Shown: positions 39,727 through 51,150 of the stretch, piece after piece
How positions within the stretch are numbered: position 1 is the stretch's first letter
Layout: every line of letters starts with the position of its first letter
Assembly: GCF_009914755.1 (NCBI RefSeq)
Contig: NC_060926.1
DNA from: the human T2T-CHM13v2.0 reference genome, Homo sapiens
Reading direction: 5' to 3' (one strand)
Length of the DNA stretch: 64,000 nt
Notes under the pieces: generated by a model
Database searches by the model: none
Told to the model about the DNA's origin: nothing
What the model saw: the letters and a program-made list of their open reading frames with translations, nothing else
Made by a program: the position numbers and the translations under genes

Positions 39727-42438
39727 TCTCTCCTGCCTCACTTAAGACACTACTTATGGCAAATACCAGATAACTAAATTGAAAAATCCCTATCTTGTTT
39801 ACCTTTATAATCCAGGAAAGCTGGTCAGATCTCCTATTCATAATGGGAGATTCATGAATACTTGCAAATGACTTACTTCATACTGAGGCTGTGCCATTTG
39901 CCTGAGAATGGACTTAGTCTCTTCATTACTGGCTCCATGACCATCTCCCCTCTCCCCTCCTCACATACATCCTCCATCCGTAGCTGGTACTACTCCTGTC
40001 TTCACTCCTCCTACTCTTACCCTCAAGCCTTGCCAATCACTGCCCTCTTCCTCTTCCTTCTCCTTGCTCTCCTTTAGTGGTACTTTCTTCTATGCTCCTG
40101 TAGGAAACTGGCTGAGTCCTGGGGTACATGCAGCTCTGCTGTATCCTAGTGTGGCTGAATGCACACACTTAGTGCTCATACTTACTGCTGGGAGATGTTA
40201 GGGGCCTGAAGGAGGCTTTCCAGTCATTTGCCTGAAGATTGTATTCCCAGCTCTGAGACAGAAGGAGCCCAGCTGCAGAGAATCTAGGCCACTGTGACTT
40301 GGTCTTCCCCTCTCTGGGATATCACAAAGGCCATATGAGGTCAGTGAACCAATCTACAAGAGAAGGGCTGAGCAGGGGACCTGAGATGATTTTCTCCAAT
40401 ATTTAGTCAGACTGATTTTCTGGATCCAAGTTTCTCAACTTACCAAATGTGGGCAAATCATTATATTGCTCCCAGCCTTAAAAATCTTCAATAAGTTAAA
40501 GAGAGGACTCAGGCTTAATGGCAATCCTGTTATCTTACCAATGAGGAGACTAAACACCTAGTTGGAGATCACCTCCTTACTGGCTCAGAGCTTCAGGAAA
40601 TAGCTCAAGGATGTGCAAATACTAAACAGTAGAGCTGGGATTTAGATCCACATCTACTTAATTTTAGTGCGTATGCTCTAACTGCTGCCACAGAAGGGAT
40701 GCAGAGGAAGACGGTCAGTTACCCAGAGGGTGATATCTTTGACTTAATGTTCACCATAAAGACAGCTATCAACAAAAGACTTGAATTCTAACTTGTTATC
40801 TATTGCAGGAAAGTGCCTGCAATATGGTAAGTTCTTTAGTGATATTAAGCCATTTAACCCAAGCCAGCAATGGAGTTGAAGAAGGGATAAGTTATAAAAT
40901 ACTGACATGATTTATGTGGAGGGGTAAAGTTTTAATCCTAGTCTTCTGTCCTAAGTGAATAGTGAATGACTGCTGAGTAGATGCAGGAGCAGGAAATAGA
41001 TGTGAACAGAAAAAAACTGGTTTTAGTTTTGCATAGGTTGAATGTCTACCAGAGAGGTCCCCAAGGATGCCCTGTAGACAAATTGGATAGAGGCATCTGT
41101 AGCTCAGAAGAGCAATTGAGGCTGGGGATGTAGTTTTGGGCACTGGCAAGGTAGAGTTTTGTGTGGTTGAATCTCCAGGGGCAGGTAAGATGCTCTAGAG
41201 ACAAAGTTATGGGATTTATCAGCCATTGGGTGTTTCAGAGGAGAGAGCAGGGCAAGGAGACCGAGAGAACAGAAGAAAACTCAGGAAAGAATGGGGTTGA
41301 AAGTAAGGCATGCAAAACTGGAAGCTGCGACACTTGAGGTGGTCAGAGCACTTTTAGGGGACCTACTAAGCGCCAGGCACTGTGTGACCGCTTGAGGGAA
41401 CCTCATCTCATTTCTCTGTCCTTACCTTAGGTGACTCCTGCAGAGCATCTGACAATCAGAGAAGAGTTAGAATACATTAAGCTCAGCATCACATATGTAG
41501 TTTGAATACAACTCCACCTCCTTCTCTTTCTTTCTCTTCTTTCCTGCCTTTGTTGCCCTACCCAGGATTAAAACCTTAGGTCTTATGTTAAAAGAATGAC
41601 AAGAGAACTGTAGCATTCTCTGCCTCTTGGGCATCTGCAAGAGGTGGGATATTAGAGGGACACTGGGGGATGCTTGGATGATCACCTCCACCCCTCCACC
41701 CACTATGGCCTCAACATGAAGTTGGCCTTCTTGAAGTGGGTGAATCACTACAGCCCTTGTTCAGGAAGTGTGTTTGAAACCAGGCTTTTAAGGAAGAGAG
41801 GAGACGACATTTCTTGGGACCTTCCTGCCAACCTGACCCTTCTGGTTGGCACCACCCAGAGCTTCATTACTTAGGCCTGAAGCCCAGGTGTGTTGTTGGG
41901 CTCTTCCCCCTTTATGAGGCCCATGTTTCCATGATGCCAGGTGGCAGCCCTTCATCAGCCTTTGGACTACATCACTGTGGAGGTGGCTGGAGTCTCTTTT
42001 TTCATGCAAACTGCTGCCCAGTGAAACAAGATGTAGACATTTTGACTACAGCATTTCAATTTCCATATCCCCATCCCCAACCCCAACCTGGCTTTTTAGC
42101 CATGTCCTTCATTATTTCCTTCAGGCAACCTCTGTTCTAACCAAACTGGGTTATTTAAAAAGTAGAAAAAGTACAGGTCTTCATAGGAAATTCAGTGATT
42201 TGTACTATTTTTTTCATCTTCACCTATTAAACTTCCAAATGTGCTTCAAGACTCAAAACAAAGGCCCTATACTCTATGGTTACTTCTTCATTTGGTCACA
42301 TTTTATATCTACCAGTAGAAGATGGCTTCTCTGGCCAGATATCAAGCTTCTTGAAGTTGAAGCTATATTTCTGTGGGGCTCTAGGGGATAGGGCAGGGGT
42401 AGTAGATTTAAAAAATGAACTGGACTAGAGCTTTAATT

Positions 42439-42568
42439 GTACTTTTTATCTTGATTTGTAGTAATGGTTTATGGGTGTATACCTAGGTCAAAACTTATCA
42501 AATTGTACACTTAAAATATGTGCAGGTTATTGTTTATCAATTATACTTCAATAAATTCACTTAAAAAG
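42439..42568 (+). mobile_element. Old L1M 3' end fragment
   Basis: 'gtcaaaacttatcaaattgtacacttaaaatatgtgca...tcaattatacttcaataaa'. Confidence 0.75.
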
Positions 42569-42681
42569 TGTACATTGTTCAAATCCTCCCTCAAGATCTC
42601 TTTCTAGAAGTAAGGCAATGAAACCAGGAATGTATGCCTAAATGTGTCAGCAGACAAAGGCTTTAAAAATGCTAGACTTGG

Positions 42682-42932
42682 AGATCAAAATATGCTACAT
42701 GTACAATAAGAGCTTCTATAATTGTATATATGCCTTTCATGTATTTTCCCCTCAAGATTATCAACTGTGTGTTTGACAGTGAATATTAAATATGTTACCA
42801 GTTGAAATTTTTGGTTATAAATGTAATACGAATTGTTTCACAAACAAAACATGTAAAGCAGTATTAAAATTTGGCCAAACAAGTGTTCTGTATCTACTTT
42901 AATAAATGGTTATTCTTTAAAAAAAAAAAAAA
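42682..42932 (+). pseudogene. 5'-truncated retrocopy of an mRNA 3'UTR (parent gene not identified)
   Basis: AT-rich UTR-like sequence with AATAAA at 42901-42906 and A14 tail at 42919-42932. Flanking direct repeat GCTAGACTTGG at 42671-42681 and 42933-42943. L1 endonuclease-type TT/AAAA at ~42663-42669. Confidence 0.8.
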
Positions 42933-43180
42933 GCTAGACTTGGGTTTGAAAGGCATAGAGAATTTTGCTTGGTTTCTGTAATTCTTGGGGGTTCCTATGG
43001 GCTGGCTGATAGGCAGCCAGCTGATTTAAGGAGTCCTACTAGGCATTTTCTTAATTTTATCCAACATTTCAGTACTGCCCCAACCACTCAACCAAGCTCT
43101 CATGTTGACTTTCAGCCATTGTGACAAGGCACCATCAATCATCATGTCCCTTTACCAGGAGGGCCCGTGTCATAAGCCAC

Positions 43181-44080
43181 TATATAAAGGGAATGATGGG
43201 TGGACTGCTTTGGACAAATGGACCTGCGGTAGGAGAGAGGGACAACAGTAGGAGCAGGCAGATCTTGCTGTTTCAACCAAAACCTCATGCTGACCAGAGT
43301 TGAGGAACAGAAGAAGATGGTGAAGGCCTGCAGGTATAGGTGTTCAGCATGTCATCTGAAATATTCCCCACAGAGGCAAAAAGAAAGGAAATTATCTCTG
43401 AAAAGGAATGGGAGGACAAGGTATTGATGACATTTTCTGATTACAGAGGAGACTCTCAGGACTGAGGAATTGTCACCCATGCTTGGCCAATCTCCCAAAC
43501 TGTCATGCCTCTGGCAAAAGCAAAGATCACCTCTCACCTTCTAAAGACTGGCCCCAGTACTTCTCTAACAATCCCTTCCCTCACCGACACCCACCCACCA
43601 ATAAAAAACAACCACCCAACTCTCTCCCTGCTTCCCCACAAGTCCTGTGAAGAGCCAGGCTTTCTGTGCTCATGGCTTGTCTTCTTTGTGCTGTAGAGCC
43701 TCCCTCTAATCTTGTCCATGCAGTAAAGAGAGATCACACGAACCCTGGACCTACCTCTTTGAGGTGGTACTCTCAAACTCTTTGAAGGTCTGTATTTGAT
43801 GGAATCTCTGGGAAACTGAGTTGGGAAGGTCCCTATATGAAAAACACGTGGGTTCTTGGAGTGTACATCTTTAATTTTCTTATTTGTCTCTTTAGTCAGC
43901 AGAATATGTCAATGTTTTGGTTGAAGAAGCTGCTTGAATCTGGGCTTTTCTGTGCCATGTGTTCTCCCAGGGCCAGCACAAAGAAGGGCTTTTGGTGCAG
44001 GCCCAAGACCACCATAATCATCATTGATTATTCCTCTCCACGCCAGTGTCTCTAAATAAACTTTCTCTTCTTTCTCTGAC
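43181..44080 (+). ncRNA. Compact two-exon Pol II gene divergent from TNP1 (probably the annotated testis lncRNA LINC01921/TESHL-region transcript, recalled and unverified); coding potential discussed in findings
   Basis: TATATAAA at 43181-43188. Donor AAG|GTATTG at 43420/43421. Branch-like CTTTAAT at 43869-43875 with pyrimidine tract and TAG| at 43895. AATAAA at 44055-44060 followed by U/GU-rich sequence. Confidence 0.75.
43287..44055 (+). CDS. Putative spliced 97-aa basic Cys-rich protein, join(43287-43420, 43896-44055)
   Basis: 134 + 160 nt = 294 nt, in frame with no stops: MLTRVEEQKKMVKACRYRCSACHLKYSPQRQKERKLSLKRNGRTSQQNMSMFWLKKLLESGLFCAMCSPRASTKKGFWCRPKTTIIIIDYSSPRQCL*. Translation is unproven. 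Confidence 0.4.
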
Positions 44081-45049
44081 AAAGGTGTTTTTGAGTGTTA
44101 CTGTTTAGCTGAAGAGTGACGTTGAGTGACCTTAGTACCCTAGCCCTTCATGTAATCAGATGGGTGTTGTAAGCAGAGGGAGAACCATGTGAGTCAGGAG
44201 GAAATATGTAGTTTACCCTTTTTTTCCTGTTTGAAAGATTTACTATGATGTTCATGGTTGGGCTTTTGTTTGGGATAAATTGAGATGCTTTCTGGATATG
44301 ATAAGGGCTTATTTGGTTTGATAGACCGTCTAAACAAGGCCAGTGCAGGCTGAGCCAGGTGAACCACCAGATCACCATCAGCTCACACTTCTCATTCATT
44401 TGTTAGCAGAAATGAAGATGCTTGTTTTCCTAGAAACAAGCCCAGGTCATCCATCATGAAGTCCAGGAATTGTAAATGTGAGGAAGTGCAAAGACACAAC
44501 GTACACTTACAAAGGCATATGTGCATTTGGAATTCTTTAAAGGACAACATCCTCGAGCTTCTCCTGGTAGTATACTCTAGATATAACGTAGTGTTTGGGC
44601 AATTTGGGATCAAATAATTCTTACAGCTTTATAGAATCCCTTGTGTAATTAAACTTGAACCTTGTATAACTTATGTAAAGGTACCAAATCATCTCTTACT
44701 CACAGCTTGCCTCCCCCTGAGAATCATAAATGCAATCTTTAAAAACCATTTACCAGCAAGACCAAAGCTAATCTGTAAGGTTGGGGCCTCAAAACTCAAT
44801 TCTCTATTTCCTTTGGAACATGAAAGATGCAGAAACTGCCTTTTTATTGTTCATCTGACTTAGGTGGGCCCCAGGGTTTTGTCCTATTTCCTAGATGTTG
44901 ATGAGCTTCTTGGGTTTCTTTGATGATTGCTTTTGCTCTTCAGTGGTCACATTTGGCCTTACTCAGTGTAGGGGTGTGGAGAGGTGGCAATTTATTGCTT
45001 AAAGATGTTATAGCAGGTGTTCCTGGGCGCAAGAGCAGAGTGTCCTGAG

Positions 45050-45240
45050 GTAGTGTATGTAGTAATAATACAAGTCGCTCTTGTGGTAGCAGGCTGTAGT
45101 AATATAGCTATATCATTGGATATAAGCATGTATTATGGTAGTAGGCCGTGGTAACGGGTTACAGGCACCTCTGGTAGTAACAGGCTACAGTTAATGGGTT
45201 ATAAGTGTGTCTGGCAGTAGTAGGCTGTAATAATGTTGTG
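45050..45240. repeat. Degenerate tandem repeat, ~37-50 bp period (tggtagtaggctgtagtaat core)
   Basis: Core motif recurs at ~45085, 45136, 45172 and 45212. Confidence 0.6.
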
Positions 45241-48200
45241 CATACACTGGCATAATCTCAGGGAGAAGGCAAAGGCAAAGAGGTCAATAGCCTTCCCTGT
45301 GTCATTCTGGTGCTGTCCTCCATGACACCCTCACTATATTTGCTACATTTACATAGGAAATGTTTTACTATTGAATAAATGCCCATGTGCCAGGTCCTGT
45401 TCACATGTCCATGTACTCCAAGAAATGTACATATAGTAAATATAGTCTAAGACATATAGTCCAGGAGAAAACCAGAATAAATTTAACAGTGCCAGGAGAT
45501 CCATCACATGTTCAAACTTGAAACTTAGAAGAAAATTTTGAAATTGATAATTGTGGAGAACTTCAGGATGTGAAATATTTGAATCTTCTGTCTAGGGCGT
45601 TCAATATTTATTGATGAAAGTCTTGTATGAGGTAAGTAACCATGACCCAAGTTATAACTTACAGCAGCTTTTGTGAGTTATGCGAGGTGATAGGGCCACT
45701 TGAGAGAGCCCCTACAGAGTTATAGGGCCAGATAGCAGATGTTTTATTCTTTGCAGGTGAAAGCAGCCATAGTAAGTGAATAGCTCTGGCTTGTTAACTT
45801 TGCTGGATTTGGCCTGCAGACTGCAGTTTGTCAGGCCCTGCACTACAGATTGTGGAATCATCATTTCATTTATCTCAGTTGCAGCATCGAGGTAATCAGG
45901 GTCCTGATTTCATAATTGAAACAGGTGGAATGATTAACCTGCTTAAGATCATACAGCTTAGGATGTGCTTGAGTTAAGACCCAAGTCAGAGTGGTGCTAT
46001 TATACCTTCAAAAAAGTCACACAAAGGAAGAGGTAGGTAGAGCTGGCCGGCAGGGTTCTATCTACCCTCATATTCCTCCAGCCCCTGGGAGGTTAAATCC
46101 TCCTTCTTTGGGTCTCATCTAAGTGTCAGCATTATGCTTCCTTTTCCTAAGAGGTTCATTCACCCTTTGTGGTACCTTGTTCCTTCTACTCAGGGCCTTC
46201 TTCCTCTTTCTGGATGCCTTTCTGCAGTAGGCTATCTTTATACTTGTCTTGATGGGACTGGTAATTTTAGATTTCTGGTAAAAGGGTCTTTTAAGGAGCA
46301 TAGGGAAGTAGGGCTAGAGGACAGAACCACTAGTTCTAAGCCAGATGCTACTCAGGCAGTTAAGTCAGTGACAGGAGGAGGCAGCTATTGGGTCAGTGCT
46401 TTGTATGATGCAGTAAGGGTCATAATGTTACAGCCACCATTATCCTTTATACCTCATCATATCAGGTGCTGAAACTGGTCCCAAATTAGAGAGCATAAGT
46501 TTGTGAATTTGAGTACAGTCCCTCTTGCTCACTTACAGCTCATGACCTAACACTTTTCTCTAGTCTTTCTGCTTTTCAAAATTTTATAGTTGCCCATTAT
46601 GGTGCACTTCCAATACATTCTCCAATAACAGAAGATAACTCTCATAACTTATGTCCAAACTGGTGGCTCAAGAGCCAAAACGGCCCACAAATATGTTTTC
46701 TTTGACATCCTATGCAGGCCAATATGGAGTGAGCAGAAAACATTTGGATTAGTTGCCACCATGGAAAAGAGCTTTCATGTAAAATCTAGATATTTGACAT
46801 CTTGGTTGCTCTTAAAAATGTGCAATGTCTATCAATACTGGATTTTAACTGGCTTGAGCTCAGAAGCATCTTTCGGAAGAGGCACGTACACGTCAATTTG
46901 TCTATCTCCACAAATCCTTACTTTATACTACCTGCCTGAGCTCTGAAGACATTTGATTTTGTAACCTCTGTCCTAAACTTTTGGTAGCTAGCACTACCAA
47001 CTCTGTTGGTTCCATTGCTCTCTTGCCCACAGTTATCAAACAGTAAAGAGGACAGTTTGATATTCTAGGCAGGGGATCCAAGGACAAGCATCTGGAATTG
47101 TATACAGGGCAACCTTCTTTTTGGATCTTTATTCAGATCGCTGGGACCACACATTATCAAGCCTACCTTGTTGCTAGCCTCAGAATCCCTTCTTTTTCCT
47201 GAAGAATAGTTTGAAATCCATGAGGAAATTAAAGGAATTATAACCACAGAGAAGAGAATCAGTTGTCTGTCTGGATGTGACTTGGGCTCCAAATTGGGAC
47301 AGAAGACTCATAACACATTATCTCCTGCCCCTGACACTCATTATTATTTTTTGGTGTGTATAACACTGTGTTCTCTAAAGCTTTCTTGATAGCTGGGACA
47401 GCAAGAACATTGTGTTAGGCAGAGGAATTGCCTTAAACAGGTCCTAGACCTGTGAATCTTTTTCCAGTTTTGTGATTCCCTGAAGGGCGGGGACCCTGAC
47501 TGACCTCTACCTGTATTGTTGGTGTGTGACAATAACAATGGCAGTGATGAGATGATAATGTTGGAGCAGGATAACTCACTGGATTATTAGTTTGTGTATA
47601 TTCTCAATATATTTCCCCTCCCTTCTTTGAAGCAGAGAGCCACATTTTGATTTTGTGTTTTTTTGCTTTGGGTGGGGGATGAAATGAGCTCTTTGTACAT
47701 AATTCCCGTCCTGATTTTTGGTATCCAAAATCCATAATTCCCTTGCTGAGTTTTTGATATTATTGGTATTATGTTTTGGGGGCAACTTAATTTTATCTCA
47801 CCTTCCAATACAGCCTGAGATAAGAACTTGTGTCTGGGCTTTGTAATGGGAGGTAGATTATAGGAAGCAGAAGGGAGGGGACAGGCCATGTGGGACAGGG
47901 AAGGAAGAAAATAAAGAGTATGTTACTGAGCTGAGTATTGTCATCAGCAACGGGGGTTCAATCCTGCTGGAGACCCTCTAAGAAACTGTGGAATGCACCT
48001 TGGAATTATCTCTCCCGATGCTGGGAGGCTGGGACATGTAATGGATTTCCATCCTCTACTAGTTGAAGGTTTCCTCTAGGAATGTTAACTGCCCCCTTCC
48101 TGGGCTGCCTAGCACCTTTGATAGGTAGGAATACTTGGTCCCTGATGTATTATTCTCTGCTTTTTTAGGGCCTCAGCCAAAACGGAGACACAAAATGCAT

Positions 48201-49392
48201 CATGCTAACATTGTTGTATGTATGTGTATGACTACATAATATTCTATCATTTTGTTTTATATAATCTATGAACCAACATCTTATATTTACTGTAGTTCTA
48301 TTTTTATTAAAACGTATATGAAAATTTACATTTTTATTCAGTATTGTTTGTGTTTTTTATATTTTCTTAGGATACAGCTTATAAAAGTGGATTTATAGGG
48401 TCAAAGGGGTTAGGTTTTTTCTAAATTGCTTTTCAGAGAGGTTTCATTGACCTGTAGTCCCATCAGTAGTGCGAGAGAGCATTAAAGGTGAACTTTGGCA
48501 ATGACCTGGCATGGGTGACTAAGAGAGATTGTAAACTCTTATTGCTTAGAGGACTTTTAGCACAGTGGAGGCCTCTATTTATTTGGGGTAGGTTAGAGCA
48601 CTATTCTATGTGAATAGAAAATGTATGAAGGACATTCATTCTGGATTCCTTGTCTTCCCTGGATTCTAAAAGTACTTCTTTATAGTATCAGCTGAAATAA
48701 GCATATACAAAACACATAAAATAGATTCTTCAAAGATAATTCCAATTTGAGATATTTAATAGAGTTTTCAAAGCTTCTGAATTTACCATCCCATCATTAC
48801 ACCCTTATTTTCTGTGTATCCATGTACTAAATGGGTTACCAGGTGTTCCATGTTCAAATTTCTAAGATTATGTGGGAAATGATAACCCAGATACATATTA
48901 GAACTCTTGGAATTTTAATTTACATGACCAAGCACCTTGTAGAAGTTCTGACAGTTGATTGACAGAATTGGAGCCCAGTTTCCCTTTGTCCCTTTTGTTT
49001 CCCAGGAGTTAAACTAGAAAATCACAGGAAAAGATTAAAAAATGGAGATCAAGAGAAAGAGGGAAAAACAAAGACCAGAATAAACATAATTTCTATTCAT
49101 CCCCTGGATTAGTGAGCACAAGCCATGCTTCTTGATTCGAGCTCAGGTGAAGGGTGAAATGCAGCCACATCTATATTTTCCAATGCCTTATCTGTCTTCC
49201 TTTTTGGTCTCTTTGCTTGTTTTATTTTATAGGCTCAACGCACCTTCATATCTATTATCAACAATAAATGGGCCTGGTATCATTGGAAACGTGAAAAATA
49301 GAACGTAAGAACTTTCAACCCCCCAAGTAAACCCTGGCTCCTCCATTATCTCTGAGGTTTCCCATAAGATCTCTTAAAAGTTTGTTGTTTTC

Positions 49393-49600
49393 CAATGCGA
49401 ACACATCACACACTGGGGCCAGTTGTAGGGTGGGGAGCAAGGGGAGGGAGATCATTAGGACAAATACCTAAGTCATGTGGGGCTTGAAACCTAGATGACA
49501 GGTTGATAGGTGCAGCAAACCACTATGCACATGTATACCCATGTAATAAACCTGCACGTTCTGCACATGCATCTCAGAACTTAAAGCAAAAAGATAAAAT
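49393..49600 (+). mobile_element. L1PA (about PA7/8) 5'-truncated 3' end
   Basis: Typical L1PA 3'UTR sequence; perfect 17-bp TSD AAAAGTTTGTTGTTTTC (49376-49392 and 49601-49617); TT/AAAA endonuclease site. Confidence 0.93.
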
Positions 49601-50599
49601 AAAAGTTTGTTGTTTTCATGGAAGAGTTAGGTGAACTAATTTCCAAACCAGTTGATCACCACCAGTGTCCAAGACAGGCCATTCCTCCAGAGCACCAGGT
49701 GGGGCTGTTGTGCTACTCAGTCCTGGCACCAGTCTCTTTCCAAGAAGAATATGAATATGGACATATATACCCAACCATCCAGAAACAAGGTTCTTAGTTC
49801 GTACCAGTCACAAGAGCAGGATGTTTGAAATTGGTATGGTCTTAGGGTTTCCAGAACTATGGGGGCCAGTGGAGCATGGGGGAAAAATGCAGTGTCCATT
49901 GCACTGTGTTCCGTTGCCTCCCCAGGCTTCTCCTTTTAAGCACAACAACTCGCTGAAAGTGTTTTGTTTCATGATGAGGTCTGCAGATAAAATAAGTGAA
50001 AAATGAAGCCCTCCTAAAGTAATAAAGAGGGAGCACCTTAGGAAGAAGAGACACAGACAAAACCTCTTTGCCGCAGTATGGCTTACATTTCAGGTTTCCC
50101 AATCTCCTGGGAGTTTTATTCACTGATATTTTCCAAGAACCTAGACCCGTGGCCAGAACAATAGATGATCAATAAATACGTGTTGAACAAAAGAATGGCT
50201 CCAGTTCCAGGGCTAGTCCTGGCCACTCTTTGATCACTTGGTCCCTCTGTGATTTCGTTTCCTCATCTGTTAATGTCTGATAGTGGGTGAGAGGAGAGGG
50301 GAAGGTTGTAATAGCCAGTCCCTGAGATCCTTTCTATTTGGGATGGTGCGTGGTTTCCATTTTCAAGGTCCTAGTTGGTTAAGTGACTTAAGTAGGTATC
50401 TTCTTTACTGTTTCCCAGAATAAACTAACCCATATAGGAAAGAGAACAGTTCCATTCCTGAGTATGGGCATCAGAGTATGAGCAAGTTGAATCAAAATAG
50501 ATCTCTTTCAATTTTGGCTTTGCCCTCTGTTAATTTCAAGCTGTCCCTGAAATTCATATACATGGCGGTAATATGGTTCTAGTGTTTCCGTAGGTGAAT

Positions 50600-51150
50600 A
50601 AACTTAATCCCATCTCTGTAAGGCAGCCTCTAGTTTGGCCTGGCCGGTGTTCCTTTCTGTTTGCTTTCTGTTCCTCATTATGCTTTCCACTCCTATCAGT
50701 ATCACTTAGCAATGCTTCCTCACCTTGGCAGTGGCAGTTCCTTCCAGTAACAGCCAGGGATACCAGTTTGCAATTTTGTCAACACTTGTAGAACTAGGTC
50801 CATTGTTCTCCCCCGGAAACACCATCGGCCATCATCTGGTTCAGGGGTTTGGGTCCCAGCATGGTGAGCCCTCCCCTTCAGCACCAGCAGAGAAGCAGCT
50901 CCTTTTCTAAGGGCTGCAGGTCAGCTCTGTGAGTGTCTGCCTTCAAGCTTTTAAGTTTTATAATTCTAATGCTCCCTTATAATTGCTACCTTATAATAGC
51001 TCCCTTATAATTGCTACCTCTTCAATACCTTAATAATATCCCCTTTAGCCTTTTCTGTTCCTAATACTGTTAATAATTCTTTATATTAAATTCTCTCTGT
51101 TAAAATAACTGGTGTGGTTTGTTGCCTAAGACTAGATCCTGACTGATATA
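50600..51150 (+). mobile_element. Old ERVL-type LTR (LTR33/LTR41-like) with an internal 28-bp tandem duplication
   Basis: 3' end 'attaaattctctctgttaaaataactggtgtggttt...cctgactgatata'; gctcccttataattgctacc at 50971 and 50999. Confidence 0.5.

Noticed and set aside
43837-44055. 72-aa ORF MKNTWVLG... as a standalone gene
   Set aside because: Its first ~19 codons are the branch point and polypyrimidine tract of an intron. Only the part after 43895 is plausibly exonic.
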